NCBI GenBank assembly: GCA_965263195.1
Contig: OZ253664.1
Coordinates: 2,037,045 to 2,101,044 of the forward strand
Reading direction: 5' to 3'
Source of the DNA: Vicinamibacterales bacterium
Lineage (GTDB): Bacteria > Acidobacteriota > Vicinamibacteria > Vicinamibacterales > UBA8438
DNA: 64,000 nucleotides
The notes beneath the pieces were generated by a model. That model was not told the origin of the DNA and did not search any database. It worked only from the letters and a program-made list of their open reading frames with translations. Shown in pieces: positions 10,212 through 20,129 of this stretch; position 1 is the first letter of the stretch, and every line of letters starts with the position of its first letter. A program made the translations under genes and the position numbers.

Positions 10212-12574
10212 CGACATCCCCGATCCTGCCGAAGCTCGTCGGCCAGCGCGTCAAGCGCCGCGAGGACCCGCGCCTGATCCAGGGCCGCGGGACCTACGTC
10301 GACGACATCAAGCTCGCCGGCCTGCAGCACCTCGCGTTCAAGCGCAGCGATGTACCTCATGGCCGCATCCTGGCCATCGACACAAGTGCAGCTGAAGCGC
10401 TCGACGGCGTCGAGGCGGTCTTTACCGGCGCGCAGATCGCGGAGCTGGTCGGTCCGCTGCCGAGCCTGCTGCCGTTCCCGGCGCCCGAGCGCCGCGCGGT
10501 GGCGACCGACGTCGTGCGCTTCGTCGGCGAGCCGGTCGCCGTCGTGGTGGCGCGCGACCGCTACGTCGCGCGGGACGCAGCCGACGCCATCCTGGTGGAC
10601 TACGAGCCGCTGCCGGTAGTGGTCGATCCCGAGCAGGCGATGACCGGCCAGCCGATCGTGCTGCACGCCGACTTTCCGGACAACCTCATGCTCGGACCGC
10701 TGCCGAGCGGCACCGGCGTCGGGGCGGACGGCGAGGTCGACGACACGGCCATCGACCAGGCATTCGCGGACGCCGAAGTCGTGATCTCGCAGCGGATGGT
10801 CAACCAGCGGCTTGCGCCGACGCCCATCGAGCCGCGCGGCGTCGTGGCCCACTACGAACCGGGCAAGGACACGATCACCATCTGGTCTTCGACCCAGTCC
10901 CCGCACATGCTGCGGTCGTTCATCGCCTCGATGAACGATATGGGCGAGGACCAGGTGCGCGCCATCGCGCCGGAAGTCGGCGGCGGCTTCGGCTGCAAGT
11001 CGGCCGGCTCCGCCGAGGAATGCGTGACGGCCGCGGTTTCCAGGCGCCTGGGCGTTCCGGTCAAGTGGATCGAGGAGCGCTCGGAAGCGTTTCTCGCGAC
11101 GAGCCACGGCCGCGATCTGATCGGCTACGTCGACCTGGCGGCCCGGCGGGACGGTGCGGTGCTCGGCTTCAAGCTGCGCATCATCGCCGACGTCGGCGCC
11201 TACAACATGCTGTTCACCGCCGCCATTCCGACCTCCACGATGCTGATGGCGAGCGGCAACTACGCCATACCGGCCATCCGCGCGACGCTCACGGAGGTGT
11301 TCACCAACAAGACCCCGACGGACGCCTATCGCGGCGCCGGCCGTCCGGAAGCGATCTATTTCCTGGAGCGGGCGATGGACATGCTGGCCAGCGAGCTGGA
11401 GATGGATCCGGCCGAGCTGCGCCGGAGGAACTTCATCCGGCCGGAGCAGTTTCCGTATGCCACCCAGACGGGGGTCGAGTACGACTCGGGCGACTACGAC
11501 AAGGCGCTCGACCGCGCGCTGGAGACGGCGGGCTGGGAGCAGCTCAAGGCCGAGCGGGATGCCGCGCGCGCGGAGGGCCGGCTGGTCGGACTGGGTCTGT
11601 CGATGTACGTCGAGGTCTGCGGCGTCGGCCCCTCCGCGTCGCTGCCGATGGGCGGGTGGGAGCACTCGCAGGTCACCGTGGAGCGCGACGGGCGGATCAG
11701 CGCCACCACCGGCGCGTCGCCGCACGGGCAGGGCAACGAGACCACGTTCGCGCAGATGCTCGGCGACCAGTTCGGCGTGCCGCTCGAGCATGTCCGGATC
11801 CATCATGGCGACACGGCGGTGGTGAAGCAGGGCAGCCTCGGTACGGGCGGCAGCCGCTCGCAGGCCGTGGGCGGCGCAGCGCTGCACCTGGCCGGCGGCA
11901 AGGTAAAGACCAAGATGGCGAAGTTCGCGGCGCTGCTGCTCGAAGCGCACGAGGCCGACCTGGTCTTCGAGAACGGACGGATCGGCGTGCGGGGCGCTCC
12001 AGCCGCAGCGAAGACCTTCGCCGAGGTGGCCGCCTACGCCTACCGGCCGCTGAAACTGCCCGACGGGGTCGAGCCGGGGCTGAGCGACGAGGCCTTCTTC
12101 GAGCCGGCCAACAACACATACCCCTTCGGCTGCAACATCGCGATGCTGGAGGTGGACCGCGACACCGGCGAGCCGCGGCTGCTCCGGATGGTGGCGGTCG
12201 ACGACGCGGGCCACCTGATCAACCCGCTGATCGTCGAGGGACAGGTTCACGGCGGACTGGCCCAGGGGATCGGCCAGGCCTTGGTGGAAGAGGTGGTGTA
12301 CGGCAGCGACGGTCAGCCGCTGACCGGCTCGCTCATGGACTACGCCCTGCCGCGCGCGAGCGACTTCCCGCGTTTCGAGCTCGACAGCACCGTGACGCCG
12401 ACGCCGATGAACCCGCTGGGGGCCAAGGGGATCGGCGAGGCCGGTACGATCGGGTCCACGCCGTGCGTCGTGTCCGCCGCCGTCGATGCCTTGAGCGGGT
12501 TCGGCGCGCGCCACATCGACATGCTGCTGCGGCCCGAGAAGCTGTGGCGCATCATTCATGGCGGCCAGGTGTGA
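10208..12574 (+). CDS. coxL: second molybdopterin-binding large subunit, form-II CoxL-like paralog
   Basis: ATG at 10208 overlaps the coxM stop (ATGA). Colinear with the first coxL, with long identical peptides ([76 protein letters not shown]). Confidence 0.9.
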   Translation: MTTSPILPKLVGQRVKRREDPRLIQGRGTYVDDIKLAGLQHLAFKRSDVPHGRILAIDTSAAEALDGVEAVFTGAQIAELVGPLPSLLPFPAPERRAVATDVVRFVGEPVAVVVARDRYVARDAADAILVDYEPLPVVVDPEQAMTGQPIVLHADFPDNLMLGPLPSGTGVGADGEVDDTAIDQAFADAEVVISQRMVNQRLAPTPIEPRGVVAHYEPGKDTITIWSSTQSPHMLRSFIASMNDMGEDQVRAIAPEVGGGFGCKSAGSAEECVTAAVSRRLGVPVKWIEERSEAFLATSHGRDLIGYVDLAARRDGAVLGFKLRIIADVGAYNMLFTAAIPTSTMLMASGNYAIPAIRATLTEVFTNKTPTDAYRGAGRPEAIYFLERAMDMLASELEMDPAELRRRNFIRPEQFPYATQTGVEYDSGDYDKALDRALETAGWEQLKAERDAARAEGRLVGLGLSMYVEVCGVGPSASLPMGGWEHSQVTVERDGRISATTGASPHGQGNETTFAQMLGDQFGVPLEHVRIHHGDTAVVKQGSLGTGGSRSQAVGGAALHLAGGKVKTKMAKFAALLLEAHEADLVFENGRIGVRGAPAAAKTFAEVAAYAYRPLKLPDGVEPGLSDEAFFEPANNTYPFGCNIAMLEVDRDTGEPRLLRMVAVDDAGHLINPLIVEGQVHGGLAQGIGQALVEEVVYGSDGQPLTGSLMDYALPRASDFPRFELDSTVTPTPMNPLGAKGIGEAGTIGSTPCVVSAAVDALSGFGARHIDMLLRPEKLWRIIHGGQV

Positions 12575-12576
12575 CG

Positions 12577-12828
12577 ATGCAGCGCCCGCCCCTGCCTCCC
12601 TTCACGGCCGATACCGCGAGACAGAAGGTGCGCCTGGCCGAGGATGCGTGGAACGGCCGCGATCCCGCCCGGGTGGCGCTGGCGTACACGCGCGACAGCC
12701 AGTGGCGGAACCGCGCGGAGTTCATCAACGGGCGCGCGGAGATCGAGGCGTTCCTGACCCGCAAGTGGAACCGGGAACTCGATTATCGACTCATCAAGGA
12801 GCTGTGGAGTCGGCGTCAATCACATTAG
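12577..12828 (+). pseudogene. DUF1348 family protein, N-terminal half (truncated by island insertion)
   Basis: ATG lies 2 nt after the coxL2 stop. [50 protein letters not shown] matches the N-terminal half of DUF1348. It then diverges into SRRQSH-stop at 12826-12828. Confidence 0.8.
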
Positions 12829-12876
12829 CCTCGTAAGTCACTGATGTGGCAGGGATTCAAGCCGGTCTGCGATCAG

Positions 12877-12899
12877 AGTTGCCCCCAAAGTTGCCCCCA
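12877..12899 (+). repeat. tandem AGTTGCCCCCA x2 (candidate integrase arm-type sites, left end of island)
   Basis: AGTTGCCCCCA at 12877-12887 and 12889-12899. The same motif recurs at 24270-24330 beside the integrase gene. Confidence 0.5.
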
Positions 12900-13233
12900 A
12901 CTCCGCGTTGTCAACCCCATCGTCCGGCGGGCCGTCAGACAGGGTCGTAGGCTCGAAGAGCCCGTGCTGATGCGGCATGCCAGTCGACTCGGCGCTTTCA
13001 CAAGACTGCCACCCTCGGTTCCGGTCGCCGGCTCAGAAACTGCGCGCTCGGGAGCCTGATCGTCGAATCCGCCTCCGGTTTCCTGGGTCGCGCGACGTGG
13101 CATGGACTCTGCCCTCGGTAGGGCGTGGCGCTCCCGTCGACGACCTACTGCCGCACTGGAGTGAGCCAGGGGCCGTCAGATGGATACCCCCATTTGGACA
13201 AGCGTGATCGGCCATGCAGACATTCGGAACGAA

Positions 13234-14211
13234 TTACGACACCTCCAGGGCGATGACGTGCAGGCTCAATTCCGTGACATGAATTGCCCGGACCGGAGTG
13301 CCTACACCGCCGGGCGTATACGGAGGAGGCTCCTCGCCTCTGGCCGCATACGCTTGATCCAGCGCCATCCGCAACTCTGAGAAATGGATCCACCTGACTT
13401 CCGTCGTCCTAGGGATGATTGGATCGTCCGTCCACGGGAACGGGCTGGCAAGCAGGGCGTCGATCCGAGCGCGCAGCTCCATGATGTGCACCGCGCGGAT
13501 CGGCGTCGCCCCGATAAGGGCAAGGGCGAAGTCGATCCCGCTCGTCGTCGCCCCGCCCCGCCACGGCAATCGGCGTCCCGGTCGTGACGTCGCAGAAAGT
13601 GAAACAGGGCAGGTCGTCATACAGCTCGTCGATGTAGCCGGCGAAGGAGGCGGCTAAGGTGCGCGTGAAGTAGGTCCCCGTTGGTAGCCCCCCGCGGTGT
13701 ACTGCCCCGCCCCGTCCGTACCATCGCAGTTCACCTGGGACCCCGACGCATCATAGATACAGGCAAAGACCCCGCTCACGCCGGTTCCGCCCGTGTCGGT
13801 CACCGTGCCGTTGATCGTCCCGCCGAGCGCCAGCGCGAAATCCACCCCGCTCGTCGTCGCCCCCGTCGTCACGGCGATCGGCGTCCCGGTCGTGACGTCG
13901 CAGGAAGGGAAACAGGGCAGGTCGTTATACAGCTCGTTGATATAGCCCGCCGAGGAGGCGAAGGTGCGCGCGAAGTAGGTCCCCGTTGGTAGCCCCCCCA
14001 GGGTGTACTGCCCCGTCCCGTCCGTAGACCCGAAGCCCGCAAACGACCCCGACGCGTCGTAAATCTGGACCCCGACCCCGCTCAGGCCGGTTCCGCCCGT
14101 GTCGGTCACCGTGCCGCTGATCGTCCCCGTGGCTTGCGCGTTGACCACGGAGGTGACGAGGCACATGAAGATGATCACGGGCACAACATGTCGTGCCCAG
14201 GACTGAATCAT
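13234..14211 (-). pseudogene. secreted carboxypeptidase-regulatory-like (CarboxypepD_reg) repeat protein, disrupted by at least two frameshifts
   Basis: Signal peptide MIQSWARHVVPVIIFMCLVTSVVNAQA (ATG 14211) followed by repeats GTISGTVTDTGGTGLSGVGVQIYDASG../GTINGTVTDTGGTGVSGVFACIYDASG... Reading continues in other frames after a C6 run at 13688-13693 (the paralogous repeat has C7 at 13993-13999) and again near 13550-13565. The C-terminal part (13234..13620) carries IRAVHIMELR-type repeats. Confidence 0.6.
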
Positions 14212-14567
14212 GTGAGCCGTGGATCGTCGACACGTGTAGGAAGAGTCCGTTCCCATAGCGAGGTCTCAATGGCCCCCCACGACCCAATATCAAGCCCGTC
14301 AGTCAGCAAGTCGTGCGAAGGCCATTCGCATCACTGCTCCTCTCCCCTCCACCGCGCACGATCACGACGGCGGCGCGCAACGATGCCGCACCGGCCAACG
14401 AGAAGAGCCCGTGCGTCCGGGCGGGCCCGACGCCACAAAGCGATACTCTCAGTCAACCGCGATTGTCCGGAATCTTATGGAAATGGCCGAAGCAGATCAC
14501 GCCGGAATTTCCATTGTGGTCGCACGGATCAGAACCGTTCGGACCTGCACGAGCCCGTATTCGTGGA

Positions 14568-14704
14568 GGGGCGGTCAAATCTCTGGGGGCTGACGGGACG
14601 GAGACCGCCGCCGCCGGGGGCCGACGCCGCGCCTCGATCTATAGGAAGTTCAAAACCTCATTTCCGATGTGCTTCGGACGACCCAGCAGGGCACAGTCAG
14701 CCGG
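14568..14704 (+). repeat. non-coding repeat, copy A (module 2 then module 1)
   Basis: GGGGCGGTCAAATCTCTGGGGGCTGACGG..GGAGACCGCC (14568-14609) and ATCTATAGGAAGTTCAAAACCTCATTTCC..GCCGG (14637-14704). Both modules recur at 17921-18130 in swapped order. Confidence 0.6.
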
Positions 14705-14922
14705 TCATCCGATATGACGACACAGCCGCGCGATTGAGGGGTGACGCCGTGACCCGCGCCTGTCTCGGCGCTGAGGCGATGCATCGACAGGCGTAAACGT
14801 CTCGCGCGCGGTGTGTCGGATGATCCTGTCCCAGGGGGTCCAGACAACGACGCTGATGCCCCATAGCCACGCCGCCCGCATCACACAGCCTCCCTTCACA
14901 AGTCGCTACGTGGGTACGAATC

Positions 14923-15588
14923 CTACTGGTCCGGCAAAGCGAACACGACCAGCCGCTCATTGCCTCTGGTCTCATCGGTGGCGCCGGCTGAGCCGTCCAG
15001 TTTCCTGACGCGGACGTTCCTAAACTTCACGATGCCTGCGCCATACTGCAACGCGATCGGGCCGTCGACATACTGCTCGTCCTCGACCTCCACCAAACGG
15101 GTGCCATTGAGCGTGACCGTCAACCGCGTTCCCTGGGCCGCGATCTCGTAGGTGTTCCAGCGCCCCCCCGCATCGATGACGCTCGTTGGTGAGGCCACGT
15201 GGACGATCCCACCGGTGCGGTAGGTCTGATCGGGTCGCGTGTCGTAGATATTCACTTCATACGAGTTGGTGTCGCGCACGGACTGCGGGTCCGCGCAGCG
15301 AATGAAGATGCCGCTGTTTGCGGGCTCGTTCACCCAGAACTCCAACGTCAGTTCGAAGTCGGCGTAGGAGTCATCAGTCACGAGGAAGCCACTGCCGCTG
15401 TCGGCCTGCACCGCGCCATCCAGCAGTTCCCAATTGGCATCGCCAAGCACTCTCCAGCCGTCGAGGCTGGAACCATCGAACAGCGTTGTCCACCCGTCAC
15501 CAGCTTGACCTGTCGCGCCAGACACAGGCTGAAGACTGATCACTCCGATCGCGAGCAACCCGATAACGATGACGGTTGAGCACTTCAT
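14923..15588 (-). CDS. DUF1080 (3-keto-disaccharide hydrolase-like) secreted protein
   Basis: ATG at 15588 with a GGAGGG SD. Signal peptide, then GWTTLFDGSSLDGWRVLGDANWELLDG.. and ..IALQYGAGIVKFRNVRV, typical of DUF1080. Confidence 0.8.
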   Translation of the reverse strand: MKCSTVIVIGLLAIGVISLQPVSGATGQAGDGWTTLFDGSSLDGWRVLGDANWELLDGAVQADSGSGFLVTDDSYADFELTLEFWVNEPANSGIFIRCADPQSVRDTNSYEVNIYDTRPDQTYRTGGIVHVASPTSVIDAGGRWNTYEIAAQGTRLTVTLNGTRLVEVEDEQYVDGPIALQYGAGIVKFRNVRVRKLDGSAGATDETRGNERLVVFALPDQ

Positions 15589-15699
15589 CTGCTTCCCTCC
15601 TCGGTGGGCACGAGGCGCGTGAGTGCCTCGAACCAGACGCGAAAATCAATGCCGGTCTTCACCACTTGTTCGCCTCTGGTGCGCCATGCCGCTCCGCCC

Positions 15700-16128
15700 T
15701 CACCGGCAAGCGCTAGGCGCTTCCACGACACCAAGCTGCTGCATCATCCAGAGATTGTCTTCGACACCCCAGTGCTCCACAAGCTTACGGTTCGAGATGC
15801 GCACGAAGTGTTGCTCGTCGACCGTGACGGTGCGGCTAGTAGCAGCGACGCCCATCAGCTCGCCCTGGTGAGTTCCGCGTGTGACGACGCGAACCGCTAC
15901 CTTGTCTCCCTCGGCCACGATGTCTTGTACGGTGACGGTGAGATCGGGAAACGCCGACCGGAACATCGTCACCACCTGTTTCAGACCAGCTTTGTCGGCA
16001 GGAAGATTGGGAGGTGGATTGTGATCGACGTAGTCGTCCGCGACTAACTCATCCACGACCGCAAGGTTCCCTTTACCAAACGCTTCATCGATGAAACGAC
16101 GTGTCGCTGCCTTGTTGACGTCCGACAT
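15700..16128 (-). CDS. SnoaL-like ester cyclase family protein
   Basis: ATG at 16128 (the track start at 16131 is TTG). NKAATRRFIDEAFGKGNLAVVDELVADDYVDHNPP.. and ..KLVEHWGV are typical of the SnoaL/ester cyclase family. Confidence 0.8.
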   Translation of the reverse strand: MSDVNKAATRRFIDEAFGKGNLAVVDELVADDYVDHNPPPNLPADKAGLKQVVTMFRSAFPDLTVTVQDIVAEGDKVAVRVVTRGTHQGELMGVAATSRTVTVDEQHFVRISNRKLVEHWGVEDNLWMMQQLGVVEAPSACR

Positions 16129-16671
16129 CAATGTTCCTCTTTCGTGTCCATATTGGCTCCGTCCCCTGTGGTCTGTAATGGGGTTGCCTGCCGATCATAC
16201 TTCCGATCCAGGGCGGCCTGGCCGGGGATCTCGCCCTTGGCGGGCAACGAGACGACACGAACGACAGCTATCCCTGCGCGGGGAAGTTCATACGCCGGAG
16301 GAGGGCGTGGGAGCAGCGATCTCGTGGGCTTAGGTGACGGCGGATTCGGCTTTTGATGGCACCCCACCGCAGTCACGGGCAAGCCCGACACCCAACTCGC
16401 GAAGCACGCGGCAATAGAACCTGACATAGCCCCCAAGCGTCCGAGGGGCTTCTACCGCCAAGGCGCGAACCATCGCCTGACGGAGTATCTGGGTCTGAAT
16501 GGTTGACGTGAGTGTCCGAAAGCGCTAGAGGGTCATTGGCGGTCCTCCTTTACTACTTAGGACGCATCAGGACCTCCAGCCGGTCCTTGGGAACAGGGCG
16601 ATTGTCTAGTTCGTCGGTTCCCTCCGCGCCTTCAGCTCCTCATGCCAGTCAGCGGGTCCCTCGCGGCAGTT

Positions 16672-17754
16672 CTACTCCGGCACTGGGGCGACCGCGATCC
16701 TCTCACCACGCGCCGATCCAAGCCAGAGTTCGTTTCCAATCTGAATGGCCGTGGTCGACGCTACGAACCCTTCCATCGAGGGGTGCTCAAAAATCCGCTC
16801 GACTTCCAACGTTTCCGGGTCGATCTTCGAGACGTTCGACGTCTCTAGCAACGGCTCTCGCGGCTCGACAATCGACTGTCCGTCCTTGTCGGTGTGACCC
16901 GCTGCGAGTAGCGCCGTCCCGTCGATCGACATCCGTAGATTGTCAGGCCGGAATCCCAGCTGGACGATGTCAACCTGCACCGGCGTCTGATCAAGCGACA
17001 CGCGCGTGAGCTTCTCCTCGCGCCACCCGGCAATGTACAGCCAGCGCCCGTCCCTCGAGATCTCCAGTCCATTTGGCGCCGTGTCGTCGGTACCCGGTAT
17101 CGGCATCCACCCCGCACCGGCGTGCCACGCCCACACGTTTCCGGTCCCCCCATTTGTGCCCGCTACGCCTCCCCCAGGCAGAGCGACCACACCATTGATA
17201 CGAATAGTCGACAGCGCTGGCACGCATCCGACCCATGTGAAGGCCGGTGGCGCTGCCCCGGCGTCCACCTCGAACACCTCGATCGCCTCCCTGGAGCCGT
17301 GGTGGACGACATACAACGTGTGGACGGCGTCTGCTCCCGGTTGGAGGTAGAGGCCGTGGGAAGTGAATGCCTCCCGCTGCTCCGCGTCGAGCGGACCGGG
17401 ACACGTCGGGTATGTCGTGGCGTCGAGCCGCTCGTTTGGTGCGGCCGTCGGGAACACGGCCGTGGCGGTCTTGTCGCGCACGTTGACGAGCTGGAGCCGG
17501 CCACCCTCCCGAAGCCCGGAGGCAATGACCCACTCCTCACCCGGAACGACGACGAGGTCTTCGGGACTGACGAGATCGCAAACGAACTGGACTTCTCCGA
17601 CGGGTTCGCAAGGTGTCACGCCGACAGGGGCAAAGCCGGGGCGTACCTCGCTCGAGTCGGGAGTGGGCTCCGGCGCGGGACCAGGTTCGGGCGCGCCGCA
17701 GCCCAGTGTGAACATTGCAGATAAACCAAGTAGTGTTAGTGTCAGTACTCTCAC
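16672..17754 (-). CDS. lipoprotein of unknown function (beta-propeller-like composition)
   Basis: GTG start at 17754 preceded by AGGAGGG. Lipobox LSAMFTLGC. No family confidently recognised. Confidence 0.6.
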   Translation of the reverse strand: MRVLTLTLLGLSAMFTLGCGAPEPGPAPEPTPDSSEVRPGFAPVGVTPCEPVGEVQFVCDLVSPEDLVVVPGEEWVIASGLREGGRLQLVNVRDKTATAVFPTAAPNERLDATTYPTCPGPLDAEQREAFTSHGLYLQPGADAVHTLYVVHHGSREAIEVFEVDAGAAPPAFTWVGCVPALSTIRINGVVALPGGGVAGTNGGTGNVWAWHAGAGWMPIPGTDDTAPNGLEISRDGRWLYIAGWREEKLTRVSLDQTPVQVDIVQLGFRPDNLRMSIDGTALLAAGHTDKDGQSIVEPREPLLETSNVSKIDPETLEVERIFEHPSMEGFVASTTAIQIGNELWLGSARGERIAVAPVPE

Positions 17755-17920
17755 AGCGTCCCTCCTAGAGCTTGCGCGATGCGATCTGCCAGCGCCGGGC
17801 GACCGGTTCGAGGGCTAACGCCCGTGTGTCGCCGGCCTTCTCCAGCTCGCCGATCGCATCAATGTAGGAATTCTAGTACCCCAATAAGGTTGTGTACGTC
17901 AAGTTGTTCAATCTAATCTA

Positions 17921-18130
17921 ATCTATAGGAAGTTCAAAAACTCATTTCCTGATGCGCTCAGGCCCTGTTGGGCATAGTCGGCCGGCGCGGTGAAGGGTGC
18001 AGCGATTCCCGCGCTCTGATGCCTCCGGGGACGATCTTCGGCGGCTGCGAAGCCTATGCGCAAGTGTGCGGGACGAGCCACCCGGCGGGGGGGCGTCAAA
18101 TCTCTGGAGGCTGACGGATTCGGAGACCGC
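17921..18130 (+). repeat. non-coding repeat, copy B (module 1 then module 2)
   Basis: ATCTATAGGAAGTTCAAAAACTCATTTCC..GCCGG (17921-17985) and GGGGGCGTCAAATCTCTGGAGGCTGACGG..GGAGACCGC (18088-18130). Preceded by (AATCT)3 at 17910-17924. Confidence 0.6.
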
Positions 18131-18304
18131 TGGCAGCTACTCTCGCGAGCGGGCAGCAAATCAGTTTCAGATTGGCGAGGACGGCAAGTCAGCTCGCGGC
18201 GAGAGCCGTCTCCACGGGCACCTTAGGCCGAAGTTTCAGAGCTGATCGCGTATAAGTCACTGTATTTCGGGCGGTTATTGGATTTCAAGGGGTGTCGTTA
18301 ATGG

Positions 18305-20068
18305 CTACATTCGCGGCGACACCCCCAGCAACTCGAAGCAGCGCTGCTGCACCGGCGTGGGCCGGGTCTGCAAAGGGAAGCTGGCGCCGGTGTCGGCTAC
18401 CTGCATCGTGTTGACGGTCAGCGTCCCCAGGTCGGTGAGCAGCGTGCGGAAGCTGTGGACGGGCAGGTCGTCTGCGGTCCGTTTACGGGCTGCCTTGGCC
18501 AGGGCCGCCGGTGAGCGCTGGGCCGGCGCCACGACCGAGCGCCGCCGCTGCTCTCCCGCCTGCGGGTCATGGTCATCGAAGAGCAGCGGCTTGAGCTTCC
18601 CCCGCATGTGCCACTCGACGTAGTAGGCCAGCATGCAGAGCAGGACGTGGGCGCGCACCCGGTCAGCCCGCCGGTGGTGGAGTGGCCGCACCTTCAGGTC
18701 CACGGACTTGAGGCACCGAAACGCCCGCTCGACATTCGAGAGGTCCTTGTAGGCCCGCACGGTCTGCGCGGCATCAAACTGCGCCGGCTCGACATTCGAG
18801 CGCACGATGTAGAGTCCGTCGAGCAGCGCCTCGGCCGCGACCTTGTCCTCGTCCCGGCGAAACGTGAAAGCGTCGTCGGTGATGGTGGTGACGAAGTGCT
18901 TGGCGACTTTGTGGCGGTCAATCACCTTGCCGACACGCACGCCGATGGCGGCCGCGGAGCGCAGCGGATTCGTCTTGCGCCGGGTCGCCGCCGCAATCGG
19001 TTCGAGGTCCGCTTCGGTGGCCGAGAGCAATTCCTGCCGCTTGCGCCCCCGCTCGGCGGCCAGCAGCGGGTTGCGGCAGACGACGAGCCGCTCGCCGGGG
19101 AACTCCTCGCTCGTCACTTCGGCCAGGTCCCGCTCGTCGAACAACGACGGCGTCACCGTGCCGGCGGCCACCAGCTTGCGAATGGTCGGCGCCCGCAGCG
19201 TGGTGATCCAGCGCAGTCCATCGACGCCTGCCAGGTCCTCACGGATGCGCGCCGCGGTCAGCATGCCCCGGTCGCCGACCAATACCACCCGCTTGAGCCC
19301 GAAGCGCTGCCGGAGCTTTGCCACCTGACTGGCCACCGTGTTCGGGTCCGCTGTCGAGCCTTCGAATACCTCGACCGCCACCGGACAGCCCGTGGACGTG
19401 CACAGCAGGCCGAAGACGATCTGCAGGGTGCCCTTCTTGCCGTCGCGGCTGTGGCCGCGCCGGGCCAAGGGGCAGTGACTGCCTTCCAGATAGCTGGACG
19501 TGAGGTCGTAGAGCACCAGCGTGTGGTCCTCAAGGTGCCGTTTGGCCAGGCGTTGCTCGATGGTTGCCTGGCGCGGCACCAGCCAGTCCATCGCGGCATA
19601 CAACTCATGCTGGTCGACGGCGCCGAGCCCGAGCGCCTCGCCCAAGGTGGACACGGCGCTCTCGGGGGCCAGGGCGCGGGCGGTCGCGAGCTTCGACTGC
19701 GCGTCGATGACGCGGGCGACAATCAGGGCCACGACGAGGTCGCGCGCGCGGCTCGCCGGGCGGGCGATGAGCGTGGGCAGGCCGAGCTGCCGCAGGGTGC
19801 CGAGCACGGCGGCGATGTGGCCATGCGGCAGGCTTCGGACGCAGTCGAAAGCGTTCTCGGGGTTGACGAACGTCTCGCCCTTCAGGGCACGACGGACCAG
19901 ATCGATGACGCGGTCGGGCAGGTGCGAGACGTTTCCGAGGGTTTCGTGCTTGACCCTTCCGTCCTCGCGGAAGGTACGTCGGAGCAGATGGGAATGGTAG
20001 GTCTGGTTCTTGTAGCGGCGCGTGGTGGTGGCTACATGAACGGCGCCTCCCCTGCTTGCCATACGCAT
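18305..20068 (-). CDS. IS1634-family (IS4 superfamily) DDE transposase
   Basis: ATG at 20068. N-terminus ..YKNQTYHSHLLRRTFREDGRVKHETLGNVSHLP.. and overall size (587 aa) are typical of IS1634-family transposases. IS termini not resolved. Confidence 0.85.
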   Translation of the reverse strand: MRMASRGGAVHVATTTRRYKNQTYHSHLLRRTFREDGRVKHETLGNVSHLPDRVIDLVRRALKGETFVNPENAFDCVRSLPHGHIAAVLGTLRQLGLPTLIARPASRARDLVVALIVARVIDAQSKLATARALAPESAVSTLGEALGLGAVDQHELYAAMDWLVPRQATIEQRLAKRHLEDHTLVLYDLTSSYLEGSHCPLARRGHSRDGKKGTLQIVFGLLCTSTGCPVAVEVFEGSTADPNTVASQVAKLRQRFGLKRVVLVGDRGMLTAARIREDLAGVDGLRWITTLRAPTIRKLVAAGTVTPSLFDERDLAEVTSEEFPGERLVVCRNPLLAAERGRKRQELLSATEADLEPIAAATRRKTNPLRSAAAIGVRVGKVIDRHKVAKHFVTTITDDAFTFRRDEDKVAAEALLDGLYIVRSNVEPAQFDAAQTVRAYKDLSNVERAFRCLKSVDLKVRPLHHRRADRVRAHVLLCMLAYYVEWHMRGKLKPLLFDDHDPQAGEQRRRSVVAPAQRSPAALAKAARKRTADDLPVHSFRTLLTDLGTLTVNTMQVADTGASFPLQTRPTPVQQRCFELLGVSPRM

Positions 20069-20129
20069 ATACTAGATTAACTCACGTTAAAGGTCAAGTA
20101 TATTAGTGGCTACACAATGCACCCAGAAT

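Noticed and set aside
7663-12559. Very long minus-strand ORFs (7663..9402, 579 aa; 9881..12559, 892 aa) opposite the two coxL genes
   Set aside because: The translations are Arg/Ala/Gly/His-rich and low-complexity, with no motifs. The plus strand encodes unmistakable CoxL/CoxM homologs, so these are the typical antisense open frames of very GC-rich DNA.
17910-17924. (AATCT)3 microsatellite
   Set aside because: It has only three units and lies in a non-coding AT-richer patch, with no evidence of function or variability.
18297-20113. 12-nt direct repeat TTAATGGCTACA (18297-18308) / TTAGTGGCTACA (20102-20113) flanking the IS1634-family transposase
   Set aside because: The left copy overlaps the transposase stop codon, and I found no matching inverted repeats inside it. 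I cannot distinguish a target duplication from chance, so the IS termini are left unresolved.
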